Shown piece by piece: positions 31,401 to 42,617 of a DNA stretch of 64,000 nucleotides. The notes under the pieces are model-generated. The model did no database searches and was not told where the DNA came from. It worked only from the letters and a program-made list of their open reading frames with translations. A program made the position numbers and the translations under genes. The stretch is from an uncultured delta proteobacterium (GTDB lineage: Bacteria > Myxococcota_A > Polyangia > Polyangiales > Polyangiaceae): NCBI GenBank assembly GCA_963782055.1, contig CAWAIF010000003.1:4160001-4224000 (forward strand), in the 5' to 3' direction. How positions within the stretch are numbered: position 1 is the first letter of the stretch; each line of letters begins with the position of its first letter.

Positions 31401-32779
31401 TCGGGCGGCGCGCGGGGCTCGTCTGGGCCGGCGCGCTCGCCGCGGCCGCGTGCTCGCCGTCCTCGCCCGCCGCGGGTGGGCCCCCCGGCTGGCACGTCGC
31501 CGGCGGCGCCCTGCGCGATCCGCAGGGCCGCACCGTGGTGCTGCGCGGCGCCAACGTGTCGGGCATGAACAAGCAGAAGCCCTACCTGGACTTCCAGCAG
31601 CAGGCGGACTTCGACCGCATGCGGCAGGACTGGGGCATGAACTCCATGCGCTTCCTCCTGGTGTGGGCCGCGGTGGAGCCTCAGGAGGGCGTCTACGACG
31701 ACGCGTACCTGGACGCGGTGGGCCAGCGCCTCACCTGGGCGGAGCAGGCGGGCGTGCTCGCGGTGCTGGACATGCACCAGGACCTCTTCGGCGAGGGCTT
31801 CGCCGGCGGGGACGGCGCGCCGCTCTGGGCATGCGACGCCTCGCGCTACGCCGCCTTCACCCCCACCGACCCGTGGTTTTACGGCTACCTCGACCCCAAC
31901 GTGGGCTACTGCGTCGATCAGGTCTACGTGAACGCGAAGCTCCAGGACGACTACGTCGCCATGTGGAGGCACGTCGCCGAGCGGCTCTCGTCGCACGCCA
32001 ACGTCGTCGGCTTCGACCCGATGAACGAGCCGGCGTGGGGCACCTACGCGATGAACGCCTACGAGGCGGACCGCCTGCAGCCCTTCTACGAGCGCGTCGT
32101 CCCCGCGGTGCGCGCGGCGGCGCCCAGCTGGGTCGCCTTCCTCGAGCCGGGGGCGAGCCGCAACCTCGGCCAGCCCACCCGCCTGGCGCCCTTCCCCTTC
32201 GCCGACGTGGTCTACGCGCCGCACTCCTACGATCGCGACGCCGAGTCGGGCGCGGCGTTCGATCCCTCCCACCGGCAATCGGTCCTCGACAACGCCGCCG
32301 CGCTGCGTGCGGAGGCGACGATGCTCGGCGCCGCCCTCTGGGTCGGCGAGTACGGCGCGCCGTCCGGGGAGGCCAACGTCAGCGACTACATGAACGCCGA
32401 GTGCGACGCCTTCGCCGCCGTCGGCGCGGGGAGCGCGTACTGGGACTTCAGCAAGAACGACACCGGCTACGGCCTGCTGGACGCCGCGGGCAACGAGAAG
32501 CCCGCGCTGCTCGGGGCGATCGTGCGCCCCTACCCCGCGCGTGTGGCCGGCGATCTGCAGTCGTACGCGTACGACGCCGGCACGCGCACCCTGACGGTGA
32601 CGTACGTCCCCGACGCCGCCGTCACCGCGCCGACGGAGATCGTCGTTCCGCCGCGCGTCTACCCCGGAGGAGTGACCGTCGACTGCGGCGGCTGCACCAG
32701 CGACACCGAGCCGGGCTGGGTGCACGTGCGGACGCCGCCCGCGGCCTCGCCAGCGGTGGTGACGGTTCGGCCGCGCTGA
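31397..32779 (+). CDS. GH5 endoglycoceramidase-like lipoprotein
   Basis: Lipobox AAAC; LRGANV, LDMHQD, NEP acid/base, APHSY, GEYG nucleophile, RPYP..VAG C-domain. Confidence 0.88.
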
Positions 32780-32796
32780 CCTAACATCCCGGACCG

Positions 32797-33840
32797 ATGA
32801 GCGTTCTCGGCGCCGGACCCCTCGTACACGACTGGCTGACCGCCGCGGCGGCGGAGCACGACGCGGGCGTCGCCATCGCGTCGCCCTCCCGTCACGTCAC
32901 CTTCGGCGAGCTGGGGGCGTACGCGGCGGCCCTGGCCGGGGCCCTCACCCACCGGGGCGTCGGCGCGGGCAATCGCGTCGTCTGCGCGCTGGACGGTGTC
33001 GAGGGCGCGGTCGCCTTCTTCGCGGTGCTCCGCTGCGGCGCGGTGGTGGTGCCGTCGGCGCCGGAGGAGCTCGGCGCGCTGCTCGTCGAGACGCAGGCGA
33101 AGGCGCTGATCGTCGACGCCGCGCACGCCGCCAGCTTCGTCGAGGCGGCCGCGCGGGCGCCGGGGCTCGCGACCATCGTCGTCCACGGCGCCTTCGACGC
33201 CTCGCGCGCCGCCGGCGTCGCCACCTACGTGGCCTACGAGACCGCGCTGATGGAGCACGACGAGGCGCACCCGGTGAGGGGCATCGACCTCGACCCCGCG
33301 CTGCGCCTGCGCGCCGTCCCCGCCGGAGTCCCTCACGCCACGCTGCTCGCCCGCGCGGCGACGCTCGCGCGAGGCCTGGAGCTGCGCCCCGGCGACGTGC
33401 TCGCGCCGGCGTCGGACGAGGACCGCACGGCGTTGCTGGCCGCGCTGGGCGCCGGCGCTTGCTTCTTCCTGGGCCCGGCGGCGGACGCCGCCGACACCCT
33501 CGCCGCCGCCCCGGACGGCGCGCGCCTGCACGTCGTCGCCTCGCTGGACGACGAGATCGCCGAGGCCCCCGGCGCGACGCTCCACCGCCTCTACGCCACC
33601 CCCGCGTGCGGCCCCGTCGCCGCGCTCGCCCCCGGCGCGGCGGGCGCCTCGCTGGTGGTGCTGCCCAACGTCCAGGTGCGGGTGCTCGGCGAGGGCGGCG
33701 CGGTGCTCGACGCGAGCGTGGTGGGCGACGTGGCCGTCCGCGGCGCCGGCGTGCTCCCGGGCAGCGCTGGCGCCGGCGGCCTCGTCCTCACCGGCGACCA
33801 GGGCATGGTGGACGCCGAGGGCCGCCTTCACCTTCTATGA
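32797..33840 (+). CDS. Degenerate AMP-binding (ANL family) protein
   Basis: TFGEL...LAGALTHRGVGAGNRV and LTGDQGMVDAEGRLHL retained; no TSGxTGxPKG loop; no C-terminal subdomain. Confidence 0.65.
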   Translation: MSVLGAGPLVHDWLTAAAAEHDAGVAIASPSRHVTFGELGAYAAALAGALTHRGVGAGNRVVCALDGVEGAVAFFAVLRCGAVVVPSAPEELGALLVETQAKALIVDAAHAASFVEAAARAPGLATIVVHGAFDASRAAGVATYVAYETALMEHDEAHPVRGIDLDPALRLRAVPAGVPHATLLARAATLARGLELRPGDVLAPASDEDRTALLAALGAGACFFLGPAADAADTLAAAPDGARLHVVASLDDEIAEAPGATLHRLYATPACGPVAALAPGAAGASLVVLPNVQVRVLGEGGAVLDASVVGDVAVRGAGVLPGSAGAGGLVLTGDQGMVDAEGRLHLL

Positions 33841-33901
33841 GGGGCTCCAGGCTTCAGGCTAGCCCGGAGCCATCCGCGCAGCGGGGCGAAGGAGGGCGCG
33901 G

Positions 33902-35301
<1,400 letters not shown>

Positions 35302-35305
<4 letters not shown>

Positions 35306-36906
35306 GAGATCCCCGTATGCTTTCCAGGTGGATGGATGGGCAAAGTTACCCTGAAGACCGTGCGCCCCGGGACGCTGTCGACGTCCACCGAGCCTCCGTG
35401 GTCGGTGACGATGCGGTGCGTGATGGCGAGCCCCAGACCGGTGCCCTGAGGCTTGGTGGAGTAGAAGGCGTCGAACACCGGCGCGTCCTCCGACGGCAGC
35501 CCGGGGCCGTCGTCCTCCACCTCGAAGGTCACGGTGCGCGGCTGGCGCCGGACGCGGAGCACGACCTGCCCGCCGCCCGTCGCGTCCAGCGCCTCGATGG
35601 CGTTGCCCGTCAGGTTGAGCAGGACCTGCTCCAGCTTGGCGCCGTCGCCGTCGAAGGAGAGCTCCTTCTCCGGGACATCGCAGTTCACCGTGACGCCCCC
35701 CTTCTTGGCGCCGTCCTCGCACAGGGAGACCACCCGCGCGCAGAGCGCCTGCGCGGAGAGGGTCTTCACCGCGAGGGGCTTCGGCCGCGCGAAGTCGAGG
35801 AACTCGGTGACCAGCGCGGCCAGCCGCTTGATCTCGTCGCTGACCACCTCCACCGCGTCGTGCGCCTCCTTGGCCGCGCCCGCTTTGCGGAGCTCGCGCG
35901 AGAGGTACGCCGTGTGGAGCTGGGCGCCGTTGAGGGGGTTGCGGATCTCGTGGGCGAGGCCCGCCGCGAGCGTGCCGACGGCGGCGAGCTTCTCCGTCTG
36001 GCGCGTGCGCTCGGCGAGGAGGCGCTCCTCCGTCCTGTCCAGGCCGACGGCGAAGGTGACCACCTCGTCGTCCAGGTCGGACGGCGCGAAGGAGATCTGC
36101 CAGAGGATGTCGCGCAGCTTGCCCTGCCGCGAGCGGAGCACCGTCTCGACCGTGCTCCGCTGGGCGCCGTCCATGTGCGAGACCTCCACCGCCCGGGTGA
36201 ACGCGGAGCGGTGCCCCTCGGCGACGAAGGTATCCACGAAGGACATGCCGAACGCCTCGTCGCGCTCGTAGCCGGTGAGGTCCTCTGCGCAGCGGTTGAA
36301 GAGGCGGATGGTCCCGTTGCGGTCGAGCCCGATGACGAGCGCCTGCGCGAGCTCCACCGCCGTGACGTACCGGTGCTCGGTGCGCGCCATCGCCTGGCTG
36401 ATGGACACGGCGTCCTCGTCCTGCATGCGGCGGATGCGTGCGAGGAGCGCGGCGTTGTAGCTCTCCATGAGCACCGCCAGCTCGACGTCCAGCAGCTTGT
36501 CCACGGCGCGCCGCACCGCGCCGGAGCGCGCCCCCAGCTCCCGCTCGGCGAGCGCGGCGAGCTCCTCGCGCACCAGGGACATGGCGGTGAACATGTAGCG
36601 CTGCGGGAGGCCCACGCGGACGTGCACCGCGCCGATCTTGGAGGACTCGGCGTAGTAGCCCTCGTCGTAGACGCCGCCGAGGAGGCGCCGCATCCACTTG
36701 ATGAGCGACTGCTGCAGCCTGTCGATCTGCGCCTCGTCGCGGAAGACGGCGTGCGCCTCCTCGTGCTCGCGCGTGCGCTCGTAGAACGCCCTGGCGATGC
36801 CCTCGAGGTGTGGGCTCGCCACGGCGCCCAGCTCGGCCACCATCCGCGCGTCGGCCTCGACGAACCCGACGTACCGCTTCAACTCGGCGAAACGTGTCTC
36901 CTGCAT
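35302..36906 (-). CDS. Protoglobin (globin-coupled) + PAS histidine kinase
   Basis: ELKRYVGF...AFYE...[16 protein letters not shown] globin; [17 protein letters not shown]. Confidence 0.9.
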
Positions 36907-36907
36907 T

Positions 36908-37327
36908 CTAGGCGTCCGTGGGCGGCAGTTTGGGCGCCGGCGCGGTGAGGCGGTGGAGCTCCCCGCGCAATTCCTCGTACGACAGCGGCTTGGTGAACAC
37001 CACCGGCGGCGGCTCGAAGGCTTGCTCCATCCACTCCGCCTGGAGGGGATACCCGGTGACGACGACGACCGGCATGCCCGGCCGCCGCGAGCGAGCGTAG
37101 CGGGAGACGGCGACGCCGTCGGCGTGGGGCATGCGAAGATCGGTGACCAGCACGGCCGGGACGGGATCGCGAGAGAGCCGGCCCAGCGCCGCGGCGCCGT
37201 CCACCGCCACCTCGACGGCGTAGCCATCCTCGCGCAGCATGTGGGCGAGGCGCCGGGCCGTGCGCACGTCGTCCTCGACGATGAGGACCAGCACGCGCGC
37301 GGCGGCGGGGAGGACTGGAGACTCCAT
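36908..37327 (-). CDS. Single-domain response regulator
   Basis: LIVEDD, VTDLRMP, VVVTG, TKP. Confidence 0.9.
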   Translation of the reverse strand: MESPVLPAAARVLVLIVEDDVRTARRLAHMLREDGYAVEVAVDGAAALGRLSRDPVPAVLVTDLRMPHADGVAVSRYARSRRPGMPVVVVTGYPLQAEWMEQAFEPPPVVFTKPLSYEELRGELHRLTAPAPKLPPTDA

Positions 37328-37328
37328 T

Positions 37329-37784
37329 TCACCCGGCCTTCGCCTTCTCTCCCCGGATGGTGAGCACCGGGCGCGTCGCCGTGCGGATGACGTTCTCGGC
37401 GACGCTGCCGAGCAGCACCCGCGACAGTCCCCTGCGCCCGTGCGTGCCGATGATGATGAGGTCGGCCCCGACATCCTCGGCGACGGCGTGCACCTCGTCC
37501 CACGCGACACCCTGGCGAAGCACGGTCTCCATGGGGACGCCGCTGGCCTTGTGCTTCTCCAGGCTCGCCTGCAGGCCTGCCTGCGCGCCGTCCACGATGC
37601 GATTGGCCATCTCCACGCTCGCCACCAGGGCGCCATCAGGGAAGCCGTAGATGGGCAGCTCGTAGGCGTGCATGAGGACGAGCTTCGCGCCCAGGGCCTT
37701 CGCCAGGTCCACCCCGTAGACGAGGGCGTGCTCGGCCGTCGGGCTGAAATCCGTCGCGACGAGGATCGTCTTCGGGATGTGCAT
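37329..37784 (-). CDS. Universal stress protein
   Basis: ILVATDFS; GTHGRRGLSRVLLGSVAENVIR. Confidence 0.93.
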   Translation of the reverse strand: MHIPKTILVATDFSPTAEHALVYGVDLAKALGAKLVLMHAYELPIYGFPDGALVASVEMANRIVDGAQAGLQASLEKHKASGVPMETVLRQGVAWDEVHAVAEDVGADLIIIGTHGRRGLSRVLLGSVAENVIRTATRPVLTIRGEKAKAG

Positions 37785-37791
37785 GGCTCGG

Positions 37792-38895
37792 CTAGCTGCA
37801 AATCGCTTGCCGTATCTCTTGCGCCACCTGCAAATCCTCCCGCGCGGTGACGACGAGGACCGCAACCGGCGCGTTTGTCGGGGAGATTCGCCTGTCCCCC
37901 TCCCCTTGCACGTTCGCCCCTTCGTCCAGCGCAAGACCCGCGTAGGCCAGGGCGAGCGAAGCGTCTGCGCGAAAGCGCGCGTCGTGTTCGCCTATTCCCC
38001 CGGTGAAGACGAGCCCGTCGAGACCTCCCAGGCTCCCCACCATGGCCCCGCAAGTCCTGCGCCAATACCGCAACAGTTGCGCTAGAGCGAGCCGCGCCTG
38101 CGCGTCCCCGGCCTCTGCCTTGCGGCGCACCTCGCGCAGATCTCCCGCCCCGGGCGCCGCCGTCGACAGGCCGGACCGGTGCTGCAGGCCCTCCTCAATC
38201 TGGTCCCACGACAGGCCGCGGGCCGCCAGATGCAGCACCACGCCGGGGTCCAGCGCGCCGGAGCGCGTGGCCATCATCATCCCGTCGAGCGGGGTCATGC
38301 CCATCGTCGTGTCGATGGACCGGCCGTCCAGCACCGCGGTGATGGAGGAGCCGGAGCCCAGGTGGGCGACGACGAGCCGCCGGGGCAGCGCCCCGAGGAG
38401 CCCGCGCGCCCTGCCGACCGCGTACGCCACGCTCAGGCCGTGAAAGCCGTAGCGCCGGATCGCGTAGCGCGTGTTCCACTCCTCGGGGAGCGGATAGATC
38501 GCGGCGTCCTCCGGGAGCGTCGCGTGGAACTCGGTGTCGAAGGCGGCGACGTGCGGGACGCCGGGCAGCACCGCGCGCGCGGCGTCGATGGCGGCGAGGG
38601 CGGGGCGGGCGTGGAGCGGGTCCAGCTCGACGAGCCCGGCCAGGGCCGCGCGCACCTCGTCGTCGATGACGACCGCGCGGCGGAAGACCGAGCCCCCGTG
38701 CACCCAGCGGTGCCCCACCGCCTGCACCTCGCCGGCTCGCGCGGCGACGGCGGCGACGCGCGCGCGGCAACCTGCGGACTCGGACGGCAGGGCCGGCTCC
38801 GTGCCGCCGAGGGGATGCACCTCGCCGTCCAGGCCGACCACCGACCACTTGAGCGAGCTGGATCCGACGTTGAGCACGAGCGCTCGCCGCGTCAT
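37792..38895 (-). CDS. ackA: Acetate/propionate kinase
   Basis: LNVGSSSLK, GHRWVHGG, RRYGFHGLS, HLGSGSS, DTTMGMTPLDG, TRSG, FTGGIGE. Confidence 0.88.
   Translation of the reverse strand: MTRRALVLNVGSSSLKWSVVGLDGEVHPLGGTEPALPSESAGCRARVAAVAARAGEVQAVGHRWVHGGSVFRRAVVIDDEVRAALAGLVELDPLHARPALAAIDAARAVLPGVPHVAAFDTEFHATLPEDAAIYPLPEEWNTRYAIRRYGFHGLSVAYAVGRARGLLGALPRRLVVAHLGSGSSITAVLDGRSIDTTMGMTPLDGMMMATRSGALDPGVVLHLAARGLSWDQIEEGLQHRSGLSTAAPGAGDLREVRRKAEAGDAQARLALAQLLRYWRRTCGAMVGSLGGLDGLVFTGGIGEHDARFRADASLALAYAGLALDEGANVQGEGDRRISPTNAPVAVLVVTAREDLQVAQEIRQAICS
37797..37812 (-). promoter_or_regulatory. Putative sigma54 -24/-12 promoter for usp, inside the ackA 3' end
   Basis: Minus strand CGGCAAGCGATTTGCA = GG-N10-GC with TTGCA. 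Confidence 0.5.
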
Positions 38896-38998
38896 GCGGA
38901 CGAAGCTAGGTCAGCGTGCACGATTCGGCTACGCCGAATCGCGTGGGGGCGTGCTCATCCCCACGCCGCCGAACGGAATCCGGCGGGCTCACTCCGAC

Positions 38999-39514
38999 TC
39001 AGGGCTCGACCCGCTCGCGGACGAAGGCGCCGTCGTCGCTCCACCCGCTCAGCTGCACGTAGTCCACGCCGAAGAGGGAGAGCACCACGTGGATGTCGTT
39101 CAGCCGCGCGTGGGTGCCGTGCACCGTCATGTACGCGGCGGAGGCGCACGTGCCGTCCTGCGCCTTCCACGTGCGGATGCTGATCGGCCGCGAGGGGAAC
39201 CCGCGCAGCGCCACCTGTGCCTCGTCGCCCTCGACCGCCTGTCTTCCCACGCCGAGCACCTTCGCCTCGCGATCGGTCAGGCCCTCGGTGGCGTGCGGTC
39301 CCTTCTCCAGCATCTGCCAGTAGGGGTGGACCGGCGCGGTGCCGGCGGGGTCGCAACGGTCGTCGACGTGCACGGCGTAGCGCACCTCGTTGCGGTTGTT
39401 GCTCTTGGAGACGTGGAAGGCGCTGGGGATGTCACGCGTGCTCGCCGCTCCCGCGAGCACCGTCACGGCCGCCAGCGCCACGGTGGGTTTCACCAGGCGC
39501 TGCACCATGCTCAT
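38999..39514 (-). CDS. Exported DUF4833-like protein
   Basis: Signal peptide; FHVSKSNNRNEVRYAV...PVHPYWQMLE...EGL...VDYVQLSG. Confidence 0.75.
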   Translation of the reverse strand: MSMVQRLVKPTVALAAVTVLAGAASTRDIPSAFHVSKSNNRNEVRYAVHVDDRCDPAGTAPVHPYWQMLEKGPHATEGLTDREAKVLGVGRQAVEGDEAQVALRGFPSRPISIRTWKAQDGTCASAAYMTVHGTHARLNDIHVVLSLFGVDYVQLSGWSDDGAFVRERVEP

Positions 39515-39648
39515 GACATTCCTCGTTGCGCTCGGCGGTGCTCGACATTCATGGTCCCTCGCATGCTCACAAGTTGCGTGCGGTCGCGCTGCGTCGCAAC
39601 GTGCGCGCGCGGATTGGAACAGCGTGCAACGCGGCTCGAGCGTGCGTT

Positions 39649-41319
39649 TCAAGGGCGCGCGAGGCCGACGAGCACCCACCCGCGCGACGCGCCCAGATCG
39701 TAGAAGTACGCGCGCAGGGTGGTGCGAGCCCCCGCGTCGTCGCGATGCACCTCGAGCATGGCGTAGCGCTCCGCGGAGTCGGCGGCGGCGCCCTGCGGCG
39801 CGAAGTGGCCGGGCAGGCGCACGCACACGCCGTCCGGCGGCGCGAGCTCGACCGTGGGCCGCGCGGCCGCGGGCTTCAGCCCCGGCCCGACGCGAAGCTC
39901 GGCCGTGTACGTCGTCGTCGCGCGCCGGGAGATGCCGGCCCGGAGAGCGAGGTCCGTCGCGCAGAGACGGTCCGGGCGGTCCATCGTCACGTCGGCGAGC
40001 GGCGAGCTGACACGGAAGGCGGCGCGGAGGATCTTCTCGCGCCGCCCCATCAGGATCTGCACGAGCTTCTGCTCCTCGGCCGGGTCGCTGAGGCGCCCCG
40101 CGTGCACCGCGACGCGCACGTGCGCCTCGCCCAGGCGGGCGATGCGGCGCGCCATCCAGCCGAGGTCGGCGTGGTCGGCGCGCGCCCACCGCACGAGCGG
40201 CGTCTGCGGCGAGAAGGCGAAGGGGTCGAAGTGGGCCACGTCCAGAAAGCCGAGGTTCGGGTAGCGCGGGTCCAGGTGCACGTCGTCCCACGGCCGGCGC
40301 ACGAAGCCGAAGCCCAGGGTGTCGACGAAGATCTCCGGCACGTTGGACACCGTCGCGAAGCCGACGCGCGGCTCCGGGAAAGGGGAGCGCACCGGCATGC
40401 CGCCGAGCGCGTCGCTGAAGTCGAGGAAGTAGTGCACGACGTGCCCGCCGGCGGGTCCCAGCGGGAGGAAGGTGTCGTAGGTGTTGAGGCCGCGCGAGTC
40501 CCAGTGGTCGGTCCACGCGGCGAGGAGCTTCTCGCCGCGCAGCTCGCGGCGGTCCTCGTGGGGGATGCGATCGTTGGGGTCGTCGCCGCGCGTGCCCTCC
40601 GTGCGCCAGGTCCCCACGCCCTTGCCGCCGATGAAGCGGCTCGCGCCGAGGCGCAGCTCACCGCCCACGCCCCTGGTCGCGCGCGCGAGCACCGCGTCCA
40701 GGACCGCCCTGGTGAGCGGCACCTTCCTGCCCGTGGAGCGCACCTCGACGGACCGGGGGCCGATGCGGACGGCGTCGCGCGGCACGTAGATGACGTCGTT
40801 GCAGGGCGCGTTGAAGCCCACCGCCCAGTACAGGCGCGAGACGATGGCGTCGGCCGCGGTGGCCATCTCCGGCTGCCGCGGGTCGAGCTCGTCCACCTTG
40901 AGCACGTACTTCTGTCCGCGCGCATCGACGACCACCATGCCGGGGGTCGTCCCCCCGGTCTTGGAGTTCTTGACCAAGAAGGGCGGCGTCGGCACGTCCG
41001 GACACGTGCCGCGCACGAGCTGCCCCGGCGCGACGGTGCGGTTCTGGAACCAGGCGGAGTCCGGCACCTCGTCCATCGCGTTCACGTCCCGCGCCTCCCC
41101 GCTCGTCTGGAAGAGGAACGCGTGCGAGATGGGCCGGAAGAGGATCGTGTCCAGGGTGTTGGCGTAGTCCGACTCCTCGTTGTCCTCGGGCGGGTGGGGC
41201 ATGGGCTGGTCGACCACGCGGGTGACCGGCGCGCGCAGGGCGAAGCGCGTCGTGCCGCCACACCCCACGACGCCGAGCGCCAGGACGGCCGCCAGGCCGG
41301 CGCGCGCGCCGCCCCTCAT
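39649..41319 (-). CDS. Lipoprotein with atypical (HipA/PI3K-like) kinase motifs
   Basis: Lipobox VVGC; KTGGTTPG loop, YVLK, EMAT, HWDSRGLN, YFLDFSDALG. Confidence 0.75.
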   Translation of the reverse strand: MRGGARAGLAAVLALGVVGCGGTTRFALRAPVTRVVDQPMPHPPEDNEESDYANTLDTILFRPISHAFLFQTSGEARDVNAMDEVPDSAWFQNRTVAPGQLVRGTCPDVPTPPFLVKNSKTGGTTPGMVVVDARGQKYVLKVDELDPRQPEMATAADAIVSRLYWAVGFNAPCNDVIYVPRDAVRIGPRSVEVRSTGRKVPLTRAVLDAVLARATRGVGGELRLGASRFIGGKGVGTWRTEGTRGDDPNDRIPHEDRRELRGEKLLAAWTDHWDSRGLNTYDTFLPLGPAGGHVVHYFLDFSDALGGMPVRSPFPEPRVGFATVSNVPEIFVDTLGFGFVRRPWDDVHLDPRYPNLGFLDVAHFDPFAFSPQTPLVRWARADHADLGWMARRIARLGEAHVRVAVHAGRLSDPAEEQKLVQILMGRREKILRAAFRVSSPLADVTMDRPDRLCATDLALRAGISRRATTTYTAELRVGPGLKPAAARPTVELAPPDGVCVRLPGHFAPQGAAADSAERYAMLEVHRDDAGARTTLRAYFYDLGASRGWVLVGLARP

Positions 41320-42617
41320 CGGCCGCCTCCGACCAGGCCGAGGGCGCGCATCCGCCGCCAGAGGGTGGTGCGGCTCATGCCGAGCATCGTCGCCGCCCGA
41401 CCGCGGTCACCGCCCGCGCGCGCCAGCGCCTGCCGGATGCGCGCGGCGGTGTCGTCGTCGTGGTGCGCGGGGTGCGCGGTCGCCAGGACCACCGGCCCGC
41501 CGGGCGCCGGGTGGTCCGTCAGGTCGGCGGGCAGCTCGGTGACCGAGAGTACGGGACCGTCGCCCGTCGCGAAGGCCGACTCCAGCACCGAGAGCAGCTC
41601 GCGCACGTTCCCCGGCCACGCGTGCTGCTCCAGGCGCGCCATCGCCGCGGGCGAGACCTGCTCCACCTGCCGGCCGCCCCGCTGGTTGAGCGCGGCCACC
41701 GTCTTGTCCACCAGCAGCCGCACGTCCCCCTGGCGCGCGCGCAGCGGCGGCAGGTGCATCGAGACGACCCGCAGGCGGTAGCCCAGGTCGGCGCGGAAGC
41801 GGCCGGCCTCGATCTCTTCCTGGAGCGAGACGTGGGTGCTGGCGATCACTCTCCCGCTGACGGGCGTCGGCGCGCCGCCGTCCCGCGGCGTGACGAAGCC
41901 GCTCTCCAGGGCGCGCAGCAGCTCCGCCTGCACGGCTGCGGGCATGTCCTGCACGCCGTCCAGGAAGACCGTGCCGTCGCCGGCGCTCTCCTGGCCGATG
42001 AGCACGCGCTCGAGCTGCGCGGGCGTGGCGGCGCCGCACTGCAGCGTGTGCAGGGGGCCGGTGCGGTGGCGCGAGAGGGCGTGGATCGCCGCCGCGAAGG
42101 ACGCCTTGCCGGTGCCCATCTCGCCCTCCAGCAGCACGCTCACGTCCCAGCCGGCCACGTGCTCGGCCAGCCGGAAGAGGCGCTGCATGGTCGGGTCGCA
42201 CGTCCACATGTCGCCGAGGCGCCACGGCGCGTCGTGCCCGGGCGGCGGCTCCTCCGCCAGGGCGATCAGCCACCCGAGCGGGCGGCCACGCGAGAGGATG
42301 GGCGTCGCCCGCATGCGCACGAAGCGCTGGACGCCTGTGTGTCGCAGCCGGGGGACCAGCGCCACCACCGGCCGGTGCTCGGCCAGCGCGTCGGCCACCG
42401 GACCGGTGGTGGCGCCCCCGCAGAGCAACTTCACCACGTGCGCGCCCTGCGGCATCCGTCCGCCGAGCACGCGCTCCGCCGAGGAGGTCGCGACGATGAC
42501 GCGCAGCTTCTCGTCGAGCAGCATCGCCGGGCCTCCGAGAGACTCGAAGGCGCCGGCCACGAGCGCCCGAAGGGCGGGGTCGTGCTGGGTCGTTCGTCGC
42601 GCGCTGGTGTCGCTCAT
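41316..42617 (-). CDS. PAS-like + degenerate AAA+ Fis-family transcriptional regulator
   Basis: GEMGTGK, FRADLGYRL, WPGNVREL and HTH SRTTLWRRM present; GAFTGA loop deleted; Walker B reads FLDG. Confidence 0.85.
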   Translation of the reverse strand: MSDTSARRTTQHDPALRALVAGAFESLGGPAMLLDEKLRVIVATSSAERVLGGRMPQGAHVVKLLCGGATTGPVADALAEHRPVVALVPRLRHTGVQRFVRMRATPILSRGRPLGWLIALAEEPPPGHDAPWRLGDMWTCDPTMQRLFRLAEHVAGWDVSVLLEGEMGTGKASFAAAIHALSRHRTGPLHTLQCGAATPAQLERVLIGQESAGDGTVFLDGVQDMPAAVQAELLRALESGFVTPRDGGAPTPVSGRVIASTHVSLQEEIEAGRFRADLGYRLRVVSMHLPPLRARQGDVRLLVDKTVAALNQRGGRQVEQVSPAAMARLEQHAWPGNVRELLSVLESAFATGDGPVLSVTELPADLTDHPAPGGPVVLATAHPAHHDDDTAARIRQALARAGGDRGRAATMLGMSRTTLWRRMRALGLVGGGR

